Notes: generated by a model not told the origin, from the letters alone. A stretch of DNA of 64,000 nt from the human T2T-CHM13v2.0 reference genome, Homo sapiens (GCF_009914755.1 NC_060931.1); one strand, 5' to 3'; counted from the first letter of the stretch, positions 12,541-23,957 are shown. Numbers and translations: made by a program.

Positions 12541-13744
12541 ATGTAAACATTTTCCTGTGGTGCACATTAAATCCTTACAAAAGACTTTCTCTCATAAAGA
12601 CAATGAAAACAAATGGTTAGCCTAAGGGAGGTGAACCAATCTTCAGAAAACCCTAAGAGACTCCCCTATTTTCTTGCTTGTTTGCTCGTTAGAGAACTAA
12701 TCTCCTATAAAACAGGAATTTATTAATATTTCTTTGTCCTCTGCTATACTGGCCGACTTTGGGAATTTGCACACAGCACACTTTATCTTGCTAAATATAA
12801 TAGTCTGTCTGGCATTCTTCCTTTGTGAGAAATCCTTATTCACTTGCATAAATTATGTGTAAAGATCTGAAGCATACTTTCCTTTCTTCAATACAGACTA
12901 TTCCCAGAAGTAGCCTGACACATGCCAAACATCTGCTCCCACATGCAGCTCAATACATGATATTGATATGTATTATCACTGGGTGAATTCTAAATACAAA
13001 GCCAATTTAGCACACTCCTGAACAATTCCCTCCTTCTCTCCCGGCCAAGCTGCAGGGAGCTCAAGGAAATCAGAATAATTCTAATACTTGCCTAAGCAAG
13101 CTATAACCAGGTAAATCTGCTAAAACAAAAACCACAGTATAACATTTCAAAATCTAATAAAAATTAGATACACATGATAAATATAAATGTTCATCTAATT
13201 TAATACATAGCTAAATACATAGAAGTATTTTTTAGTATCTGCTATACTTACAGTATTGAAAGACGTTGCTTTCCTCAACTGTGAATTCCTGGGTGTCTTG
13301 AGTGTTTGTTAAGCATTTATATGAGCCTAGTCCGTCTTTTAATGATCGAATGCAATTATCGTTCATGTGGTACAAAGAAAGGTGACCAGAATCCCTAAAT
13401 CTTGAAGTTTTTCTAGTCATCTATGAAAGCCTCTAGTTCTCTAACAGGTATTTTCACAAAGACCTTCAGAGTAAACTCATTTTTACTGCTAACTAGGGCT
13501 TTGGACCCAAACACCTCTCTGCTCTCTTTCCCTGGTGAAGTAACCTGGATCTCACATAAGCTTGGCAGACAGCTCCTATCCCTTGGGCTAAGGATTAATA
13601 AAACCAGCCCCAGCAGTGAATCCGTTATTTCCTTCCCAAGTCCCACACTGCTTCTGGCCCCTGGCAAAGCCACTGCCCTGGCACAGGTTACATCTGCCCA
13701 GAAGAGGCAGGTTTCCTAACTGGTGAAGTCATTATACACATCTG

Positions 13745-13880
13745 CATTGCCCAATACAGTAGCCACAAGCTGCATGTGGCAATTAGTTCCTCAGATGTAC
13801 AAGCCACATTTCAACTGCTCCATAGCCATATGTGGCTAGTATACAGAATATTTTCATCATGCGCTACTGGACAGTGTGCC
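13745..13880. mobile_element. MER3/MER33-like hAT-Charlie MITE, internally deleted
   Basis: ccaatacagtagccacaagctgcatgtggc...agccacatttcaactgctccatagccatatgtggctagt...ctggacagtg. Confidence 0.7.
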
Positions 13881-13974
13881 CTAGGATTCCATTTTGTTCT
13901 CAATTTGGGCAAACATTGTTCTTGGACTTGGGCAGACTTTATCTCCCACTTAAGGTCAGAGTATGCAAGGGTTT

Positions 13975-14140
13975 ATTCATTTATTCATTCAACAAATATT
14001 TATCAATCCCTTGTCTAACTACTGAACATATAACCACAAATAAAACAGACATGGCACCTACTCTCATGGAGCTTACATTCTGGTCAGAAAAAAATTAACG
14101 ATAAACAAGTCAACACCTAATGGAAATGATTCTTTCAGCT
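13975..14140 (-). mobile_element. L2 LINE 3' end
   Basis: ttcatttattcattcaacaaatattt...ctctcatggagcttacattctgg. Confidence 0.75.
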
Positions 14141-14699
14141 ATGAATTTCAGTATTAGTTTGTATCATTTTTAGCTTCATGGTAACAAGATATTTTGGTTT
14201 CATTCAAGTGGATCCATCCCCACAGCAGCTGGCCTGCTTTCTCTTGATTTTCTTCAGATGACAGTAACTAATGGTTTTAATATTTACTTGAATCTAGAGT
14301 TTCTTCGCCTTTGTTTCTTTAGAACTTTTACTCAAAGCTTAATTCTTGCCTCTGTCCTTGATTCTGTCTTGAAAGGTTCTCCAAACTTTAACTTTTCAAT
14401 CATCAGTTTTAAATGTAACTCTTAACTATTTATATTCTCAAATAGTACAACAAACTACTAGGCATTCGCCCTTGGAAGATACCACCTCCTCAGCTCCTTA
14501 ACCTTGGCGATAGTTCTTCAGAATTTCTCTTGAACTATTACCTTTCTTTCATTCCCAGTGGGCCATACTAACTAAGCTGTCATTTCTCATACATGAATCT
14601 CTAAAACAACCTCCCCAAAAGGTTTATTGTCTCAATTTTGTTTCCTTACAATTGGTCATGCACACTAAATCACAACTACTTTAAAAACTACTTTTAAAA

Positions 14700-15725
14700 G
14701 TGCCAGTCATTGCCTCTCTCAACCTTCTCTGCACTAGGGAAGCTCCCTTGCCCCAGTCTTTCACCCCTGAAAATGTACACCTGTGCCAAGTGTGTTCCCA
14801 CCTTTCTCTGTTTGAGAGCACCTGTCAGGTGCTAAGCCCACCACTCTCTGCAGTAGTTCTCAAGCAACCAGAGACACTAACAGACGAGAGCTTCAGCAGT
14901 TTGGCAGCCCCACATCCCCCGACCTCACTTAACCCTAGTCACAGCTTCCAAACCAGCACCACTTCAAGGGATATTGGCATAGCAGCCAAGTTCATTGGGG
15001 CTAGGACTTCCAAAGTCAGGACAGCTGGCTCTGGGGCTAAAATTGCAGCTGTGTTTGGGAGCCTCACCATTGATTATGCCAAGAACCCTGTCTGAAGCAA
15101 CAAGTCTTCTCCTATGCCATTCTGGGGCTTTGCACTCTATATATGTCAGTTTTTTGCTGCTTAGAACATCTGAAAATGGGTAATTTATTTTTAAATAATT
15201 TATTTCTTACAGTTTAAGGAGAACTTGAGTCCAAAGTTAAGAGACCATATCTGGTGGACACTCTCTACAGTCCTAAGGTAGTGCATGGTATCACATAGCG
15301 AGGAAGTTGAGCATGCTAAAGTGCTAGCTCAAGTCACTCTTCCTCTTCTTATAATGCCACCAGTTAATCCATTAACTCATTAATCCATGGATAGACTAAT
15401 CTATTCCTATGGACAGATCTCTCATGAGCCAATCACCTCTTAAAGTCCCTACTTCTCAATACCGACACACTGGGTATTAAGTTTCAACTTTGGAGGGAAA
15501 AAATATTTAAACCATAGCACCCTCTTAGAGGCCATGGAGTTCTTTGGCCTAAGGGTGGCTTTTCTCATCCTCTTCACCATGTAAAGAAGCTGTCCCCACC
15601 ATTAATAGTTCTTTCCTCCATGTCTCATCTATCTTGTATGTTCTTTTCCCTATACCTTCTCAGGCAATCTGAGAAAAGTGGTTGGCTCAAGGTTTGACAG
15701 AGGGAAGACAAATAAATACTGCATC
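14700..15725 (+). pseudogene. ATP5MC2: Processed pseudogene of ATP synthase F0 subunit c isoform 2 (ATP5MC2/ATP5G2), interrupted by an MST LTR
   Basis: Translation STCQVLSPPLSAVVLKQPETLTDESFSSLA...SFQTSTTSRDIGIAAKFIGA...AGSGAKIAAVFGSLTIDYAKNP matches the ATP5MC2 presequence and mature N-terminus. ATG at 14773 in the cacccctgaaaATG context. C-terminal codons (EAMEFFGLRVAFLILFTM-stop) resume after 15524. 3'UTR has AATAAA at 15711. Intronless, with frameshifts. Confidence 0.92.
15138..15519 (-). mobile_element. MST-family (MSTC/D-like) ERVL-MaLR solo LTR
   Basis: aatttatttcttacagtt...ccaatcacctcttaaag...aaccatagca; 5-bp TSD CACTC/CCCTC at the pseudogene's GCC CTC codons. Confidence 0.88.
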
Positions 15726-16206
15726 TTATTAGTCGGGGTTCTCTAGAGTGACAAAACTAATAGGATAAATACATCTATATCTATATCTATATCTATATCT
15801 ATCTATTTATCTATCTAGGGAGTTTATTAAGTAGTATTAACTCACATGATCACAAGGTCCCACAATAGGCTGTCTGCAAGCTGAGGAGCAAGGAAGCCAG
15901 TCTGAGTCCCAAAGCTGAAGAATTTGCAGTCCGACGTTCAAGGGCAGGGAGCATCCAGTAAAGGAGAAAGATGTAGGCTGGGAGGCTAAGCCAGTCTAAC
16001 CTTTTCATGCTTTTCTGCCCACTTTATATTCTGGCCATGCTGGCAGCTGATTAGATGGTGCCTATCCAGATTAGGGTGGGTCTGCCTTTCCCAGCCCACT
16101 GACTCAAATGTTAATCTCCTTTGGCAACACCCTCACAGACACACCCAGGATCAATACTTTGAGTCCTTCAATCCAATCAAGTTGACACTCAGTATTAACT
16201 ATCACA
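15726..16206 (-). mobile_element. MLT2A-type HERV-L LTR (left arm), contains an (ATATCT)n microsatellite
   Basis: Reverse complement begins tgtgatagttaatactgagtgtcaacttgattggattgaagg and ends ctctagagaaccccgactaata; TATA at 16023-16028 (minus). Confidence 0.93.
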
Positions 16207-17088
16207 AGTCCACCCCTTGACAACTTGAACCTATACACGTCTCCTGAGATCATACATAATCTTCAAATAAAGACAATAATGAGGTCATAATTACACCTAA
16301 TATAATACAACTATCCTTTATACAACTAGAAACGCACCAATCCCCAACCCAAATGCTATTCCATAGAGTTAACAATACTTAAATACTGACATGGATATGA
16401 GGTCAATAAATCTTATGTCACATGATAAAGGAAAAAGGAAATGAAGATATTTTCTTAGTACAAGTGTGTACATGCACAAACATGTTTTTAACAAAGAAGG
16501 AAGAAATATGACAATTACAGTCCTCATTTCTGCAACTGGTCACGTGGTCATAGCTGGTATTGATGACTACCTTCTTCTACTACCCATTCTGTATTCCCTT
16601 TGCCTTTAGCAAGCACCTCAGCAGGTCATGGTTTTTTTCCTGGAGTGACCCAAACCTTCATTCCTGAAGGGTCTGAGCCATCTGCAGTCCTGCCTGGATT
16701 GGGCTGCTGTAGTTTCCCATTGACCTTAATCACAGGGCATGGTAATACTAAGAGATGCCCTAATGAATCTCCTATATTCCCTGCATACCCTTCCTTACCT
16801 CTGTTGTGTAGTAGTAGACTGATTTCGTCTTGATAGTCTGGGTCAATCACCCCAGCCAGCACTGTAACCCCCTTCTTAGCCTGTTGACTTAAAGGTAGGA
16901 GGAGCCCAAAGTGTCCAGGTGGCAATCTTAACTTCCAGTTCAAAGGAATCATTGTTGTGTCTCCTGGTGTTCCTCCCTCTGGAACTAAGACTTCTAGGCC
17001 AGCAGAACATAATATTGTGGGAACAGGAAGCAAAATTTTGCTAGTGGGTCACTAGGAGTAATGGTGAGTGGTGCCATCAAAAGGCCAT
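16207..17088 (-). mobile_element. HERV-L internal 3' region (dUTPase, 3' untranslated region, PPT), left arm
   Basis: ORF 16626-17033 (IPLNWKLRLPPGHFGLLLPLSQQAKKGVTVLAGVIDPDYQDEI) has dUTPase motifs typical of ERV-L; PPT caaggggtggact abuts the LTR. Confidence 0.92.
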
Positions 17089-18077
17089 CCTGAAGCATCT
17101 GGATTGAAAGGATAATAGAATTGCCTTTGGAAGTCAGAATTAAAATGCCAACTAAGTGACAATACTTTGCAGGGCTGGGGCAAAGTTCTCCAGAAGGCTG
17201 TGTATGCTCTGAGCCAGCTTCCAATATACGGTACTGCTTTTCCCATAGCCAGGATATGCAGAGTCCAGGAATCAGGGGTGGAAGTGGAAGTGGCACCTCT
17301 TATTATCACCCCTAGTGACCCACTAGCAAAATTTTTGCTACCTGGACACTTGGGGTTCCTCCTACCTTTAAGTCAACAGGCTAAGAAGGGAGTTACAATG
17401 TTGGCTGGGGTGACTGACCCAGACTATCAAGATGAAACCAGTCTACTACTCCACAACGGAGGTAAGGAAGGGTATGCGTGGAATACAGGAGATCCATTAG
17501 GGCATCTCTTAGTATTACCATGCCCTCTGATTAAGGTTAATGGGAAACTACAATAGCCCAATCCAGGCAGGACTACAAATGACCCAGACACTTCAGGAAT
17601 AAAGGTTTGGGTCACTCCACCAGGAAAAAAACCCACGGCCTGCTAAGGTGCTTGCTAAAGGCAAAGGGAATACAGAATGGGTAGGAGAAGAGTGTAGTCA
17701 TCAATACCAGCTATGACCACGTGACCAACTGCAGAAACAAGGACTGTAATTGTCATGAGTATTTCCTCCTCCTTTTGCTAAAAACATGTTTGTTCAGGTA
17801 TACAGAAAATATCTTCATTTGTACCAAGAAAATATCTTCATTTTATTTCCTTTTTCCTTTATCATGTGACATAAGATTTATTGACTTCATATCCATATCA
17901 GTATTTAAGTATTGTTAACTCTATGGAATAGCATTTGGCTTGGGGATTGGTGTGTTTCCAGTTGCATGAAGGATAGTTGTATTATGTTAGGCATAATTAT
18001 GACCTTATTATTGTCTTTATTTGAAGATTACATATGATCTCAGGATGTGTATGGGTTCAAGTTGGCAAGGGTGGACT
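17089..18077 (+). mobile_element. HERV-L internal 3' region (integrase C-terminal part, dUTPase, PPT), right arm
   Basis: ORF 17167-17556 (GWGKVLQKAVYALSQLPIYG...AKKGVTMLAGVTDPDYQDETSLLLHNGGKEGY); caagggtggact before the LTR. Confidence 0.92.
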
Positions 18078-18526
18078 TGTGATGGTTAATATTGAGTGTC
18101 AACTTGATGGGATTGAAGGACTCAAAGTATGGATCCTGGGTGTGTCTGTGAGGATGTTGCCAAAGGAGATTAACATTTGAATCAGTGGGCTGGGAAAGGC
18201 AGACCCACCCTCAATCAGGGGTTCACCTAATTAGCTGCCAGCACAGTCAGAATATAAAGTGGGCAGAAAAATGTGAAAAGCTAGACTGGCCTAGCCTCCC
18301 AGCCTATATCTTTCTCCCGTGCTAGATGCTTCCTGCCCTTGAACACCAGACTCCAAATTCTTCAGCTTTGGGACTCGGACTGGCTTCCTTGCTCCTCAGC
18401 TTGCAGACAGCCTATTGTGGGACCTTGTGATCATGTGAGTTAATACTACTTAATAAACTCCCCTTTATATATAGATATAAATATGTCCTATTAGTTCTGT
18501 CACTCTAGAGAACCCTGCCTAATATA
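18078..18526 (+). mobile_element. MLT2A-type HERV-L LTR (right arm)
   Basis: tgtgatggttaatattgagtgtcaacttg start; TATAAA 18253; AATAAA 18452; ends ctctagagaaccctgcctaatata. Confidence 0.93.
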
Positions 18527-19289
18527 GATTTTGTCATTACCCTACTCAGTAATACATTATGACTCCCTATTATCTATGGAATCAAGTTTCTTTTTTATGA
18601 AGTTATTGCCTTGAAAAGATAACCCTAAAATTGAATAATTCTGTTATTTTTACCATTTTACTTAGGAGTAAGAATTATAACCTGTTTGGTTCTGAAAATG
18701 ATTTTAGACCTTTCAGGCGGATGCACCTTTTGGTTCATGTGATATATACCTGCATATGCCTCATTTTATGTAATTAAAAGTTTCCTGATAATTATACTCC
18801 CAGTTTCCAATAAATTCTTCCACCACACACACACACAACACACACACACATGCATGAAGTAGAAGAAAAGCTTTTAGAGATCATTTACTGAGCTTATTGA
18901 CACAAATGAGAGTTTTAAGAAGCACAAGCAAACAATTTTAGCATATTTTGGCCAACTTTATATATATTAATATTTCCCATTTCCTTGTCACGTGCATGAA
19001 GCCCACATCATGTCTTTTTCCACAGGGTATAAGGCCCTATGCTCAATAGCTTGAATTAGTCACAGAATGTCTTTCTGTTGGCAACTTTTGGATTAACATC
19101 CACAAATTAAAATCAGCTCAACCTCAAACTAAAGTATCTGGTTATCATTAATAACTTCGCCACTGGACAGAATGATAAAAAATAAAAAGAGAAAACTCAT
19201 TAATTTATTATGATCTCAAACTAAATGTTTTTCTCTTATGTATTTTAAAGATCTGAGAAGCAAAATTACAATTTGAGTTTATTAGTAAC

Positions 19290-19710
19290 TATCTGAGTCC
19301 ACTTTCTGTTGCTTATAACAGAATACCTGAAACTGGTTAATTTATATGGAAAATAATTTATTTCTTACAGTTATGGAGGCCGAGAAGTCTCCAAAGTCAA
19401 GGGACCATGTCTGGTGAGAGCCATCTTGCTGGCAGGGATTCTCTGTGGGGTCTCAAGGCAGTGCAGGGCAGGGCATCACATGGGGAGGAAACTGAGCATG
19501 CTTACTCAGGTCTCTCTTCCTCTTCTGATAAAACCACCAGTCACTTCTGATGACAACCCATTTATCTATTAAGCCATGAATACATTAATCAGTTAATAAA
19601 GGCAGGTTCCTCACTATCCAATCACATCTTAAAGGCCCCACCTCTCAATAGTGACATACTGGGGATTAAGTTTCAACATAAGTTTTGGAGGGGACATTTA
19701 AATCATAGCA
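19290..19710 (-). mobile_element. MST-family (MSTC/D-like) solo LTR
   Basis: tatctgagtccactttctgttgcttataacagaatacctg...aatcatagca; exact 5-bp TSD GTAAC (19285-19289, 19711-19715). Confidence 0.92.
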
Positions 19711-19824
19711 GTAACTGAAGCAGAACTACTAAAAGATTGTTAAAATATTCTAATCACCTTTTCAAAAATATATAATTCCTTTTTCATGAGGGTTAAATGT
19801 ATAAAAATTCAAAAATTCAAGTCA

Positions 19825-20114
19825 TTTTTTTTTTTAGACAGGGTCTTGTTCTATTGTCCCAGCTGGAGTCCAGTGGTACAATCATCAGTCTCTGCAGCCT
19901 CCACACTTCCTGGGCTCAAGTGATCCTTCCACCTCAACTTCCTGAGTAGCTGGGACTAAAAGCATGTGCCACCACCCCTGACTAATTTTTTTAAAACATT
20001 TTTTGTAGAGACAGGGTCTTTCAACCCTGGTCTCAAACTTCTAAGCTCAAATGATCCTCCTGCCTCTGCCTCCCAAAGTGCTGGGATTACAGGCTTGAGT
20101 CACCACACACAGGC
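19825..20114 (-). mobile_element. AluJ SINE
   Basis: agacagggtcttg...gggctcaagtgatcc...cctcccaaagtgctgggattacagg; flanking caagtca repeat. Confidence 0.9.
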
Positions 20115-20659
20115 TGTAATCCCAAGTCACTTTTATTATCATAACCTGCTTTAGTAATCAAGAGAAAGAAAATTCTTTTTATCCTTATGTCATATTTTAT
20201 TATGGTTGAATTAATTCTTATAGTTAGAGTACATCCTAAATACAACTAAAGAAGTTAACTGATGCTTAAAGTTACTAAAGCCCAAATTATTTTTACTTTT
20301 CTTTTCTTCATAATAATGTCTGTTTCTGTTATCATAAATGTAGTGGTCTCTGAGAAGCTATGCACTTTTATATTTGTTACTCAGACCTCTTGAAAAATGT
20401 TCAAAATTATTAATATACACAAATGTATAGAAAATATCCATATACATTAATATACAGAAATAATTTCCTCTCAGTAGAGGAGACTAGATCATAGTGAATC
20501 AATGTTTAACCCATTTCCCAACACCATTTAACATGAGCTTCAGGCCACTAGAATTACCTCCATTGACTTAGAAAAGTACAGAAGACATAAGTCATATCAA
20601 AGACAACAGGAAAATGTTTAATTGTGTTTAAGTGCTTCTATATTTGTATGACAATATTT

Positions 20660-20905
20660 ATTTAACAAACATTGATATAGCACTTGCTACATCAGGCAAT
20701 GTTTCAAGCTTTTTTAATAAATATTAATTCATCTAATCCTCATAACAACCTTATGAGTTAGGTAATATCATCCCTATTTTTCAAATGGGAAAACTGCGCG
20801 TAAAAGAAGTATCTTGCCTAAATCCCTAGAATCAATAAATGGCAAAGTCAGAATTTGAACCTATGAGTCTGGCTCCAGAGTCTGAGCTTTCAAGCACTAC
20901 TCCAT
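20660..20905 (-). mobile_element. MIR SINE
   Basis: catctaatcctcataacaaccttatgag...gggaaaactg...gaatttgaaccta...tctggctccagagtctgagc. Confidence 0.8.
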
Positions 20906-21069
20906 CAGGCTACCTCTCAATATTCTAAATCATTTCCATATTTGGAATCTGATTTAATATAAAGGTGTTATAGCTTTTAGTCGTGTAAAAAACTTTTCTT
21001 TTTGAGATCTGAAAGTGACTTCAGATCTCAAACACCTAAGGAGACGTGCTGGTAGAGATCTGAAAGTGA

Positions 21070-21568
<499 letters not shown>

Positions 21569-23465
21569 TTCTTGTTTACAGTTTTATCTCCAACACATGT
21601 ACCTGAGCAGACAAAGCATGATTATAAATTACTCAACAGCCAGAGAGTTAAACTAACTTCTTATCAAATTACAACACCTAAAATAAATAGGTTTCTTCTC
21701 TATACCTATGGGAGTAGGTACTCATTCCAATTTTAAAATTAGCATGTGTGTGGAAATAATCTTGTGATTTAAAGAAAATGACACTGCAGAAAACTACATT
21801 AATGAATGGTCCTCTCCATCTTGGCACAGAGATTTAAAATTTGGGTGTTTCAAAATTAAAGACACTAAAGCTCTTCGTTTAAAAAAAAAAAATGACAACA
21901 CAGATGCACTGAGCTTTTCAAACTAAAAGTCAGGAATATATATCAAGCTACTATCACAAAACACTTCCATCAAAACCCTGCAGGAAGCAAACAATTGCCA
22001 GCTAGCACATCACCCTTCATGCGAAATGACGTGCGTCATTTTGTGCAAAGGACATCAAAAGAACTTGTCAGTTAAACAGAGGATTTAGATATACCATGAG
22101 AAAACTTTCATGCACCACTTTACATATTTCCAGCAAAATTGCTATAGAAGCACTTAAGGCACAATAATTTGAACCTAACTTGACTTAAGTAACCAACACA
22201 AACTACTTTTCTAAAATGTCTCCTATTTTCATAAGTGATAGAATTTAGTTATAAAAGTCCTACTAACTCTTGTAAAATAATCTACAGAGACATGGTGATT
22301 CATTTGCTTTCATTCAGCAGCATTTGCTTGTAAAATTATTAATTATGTGCCTATTATGTGCTAGGTACTCTATTGGGTGTTCTTGTACAAATCATTTTTC
22401 TGCCAGCAAAGCCATATTTTTTTGAGTTAGTAATTCCCAGATTTTTGTCAAATTCAACAGCATTATGCAATGAGTTCTTAGTATGTACAGTAAGGAAGAG
22501 CAGAATTTTAGTTGATGTAAGTAATTCTACATTTTATTTTGGATAACAGGAACATACAAACTATATACATGCAACCTGAATATTCTTATTAACTGTTCAT
22601 TTTGCATTTCTGTCCAATTTGACCAGTGAATTCACTCAAATAGTCAAGTTGGCTTTGGCATTTAGGTAGGACCAGTAGGTCCATAAAGTGAGAGAGTCAA
22701 ATGGGTAATGGAAGACAAACTCCCTCCTAGATCACAAGCTCCTGAGAATAAGAACTGTGACTTCTATAGTACTGGGGCCAAATGTATTTCCTGGCACAGA
22801 CTATGCATTAATATATGATTGTTTGAATGAAAGAATGACCTCACTAAACTTCTCCCAAACATATAAAACTATATCCCATCTGTAAAAATTTCCAGAGGGA
22901 CCAGACATGATGATGGTCATTTGGTCATTATCCTTATTAATATTAACCTTCCTAAGTACAGAGATCCCATAGAGGCTCTTAGGGTACAATAAATCAAACC
23001 TAAGTACATTAATTAACCAATACAAGTTATAACTTTACTAACAGTTATTATTTTCCGTTAAATTTCCTAAATTCTCTTAATCTTTTATCACTGAATCTGT
23101 TTTTTTAAACTTTTTTCTTATCTTTTAAATTATTCTGATTATTAAGTTAAAGGTTAACAAGATAATAAATCATAACTCTGCTTCAAAGCTTGCCAGCTTA
23201 AATTCTATTAACAATGCCTGATTATTCAAGCTTATCTCCTTTTTATAACTTTGAAAATAAGCTGAAATCTGCACCTCTAATCACAGTGTCCTGTACCCTT
23301 TCAACTATACGTTTGCCTTGCCTTCCACTAAATCCTAAACTAGAGCAGGGGTCAGGTTCTTGTTCCTCTTTCTTGCCATCCTCTCACCCTGACACGCACT
23401 ACTGTATCCACTTCAAGGGCATGTTCAGGAAAGATAATATAGCACTGCAAAAATGGGCTACTGGG

Positions 23466-23766
23466 GGCTGGGCACGGTGGCTCATGCCTATGATCCCAGC
23501 ACTTTGGGAGGCCAAGGCAGGCAGATTGCTTGAACCCAGATGTTTGAGACCAGCCTGGGCAACATGGCAAAACCCCATCTTTACAAAATGTACAGAAAAT
23601 AAATAAAAATAAAAATAAATAGCCAGGCATGGTGGTGCGTGCCTGTGGTCCCAGCTACTCCAGAGACTGAGGTGGGAGGATCACCTGAGCCCAGGAGGTA
23701 GAGGTTGCAGTGAGCCACTGCACTCCAGCCTGGGTGACAGAGCAAGACCCTGACTCAAAAAAAAAA
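23466..23766 (+). mobile_element. AluJ SINE
   Basis: ggctgggcacggtggctcatgcc...cagcctgggcaacatggc...gaggtgggaggatcacctgagcccagg...gcaagaccctg. Confidence 0.92.
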
Positions 23767-23957
23767 TGGGGGATAGGAAGGCAGAGAAAAGCACCCCGAA
23801 GCCCTCGGGCGGAAAATTGGATTAAAACCTTAAAGAGAAGTAAAATATTCTCCTTTACTGTCTCCATTTCAGTCATTGCCTTTAAAATTCATACATATAT
23901 TCCACTAGTGCTAACCTAAGAGAATCAGCATTATTTAATATCCATTGCCTCAGACAC

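Noticed and set aside
14700-15095. Functional ATP synthase subunit c gene
   Set aside because: Intronless; the true ATG is out of frame with the ORF; the glycine-rich motif is degraded; there are frameshifts and an LTR insertion.
15726-18526. Ordinary internally deleted HERV-L provirus, or a DNA transposon with long TIRs
   Set aside because: The LTRs are inverted and both are preceded by a PPT and dUTPase sequence; there is no transposase and no TSD.
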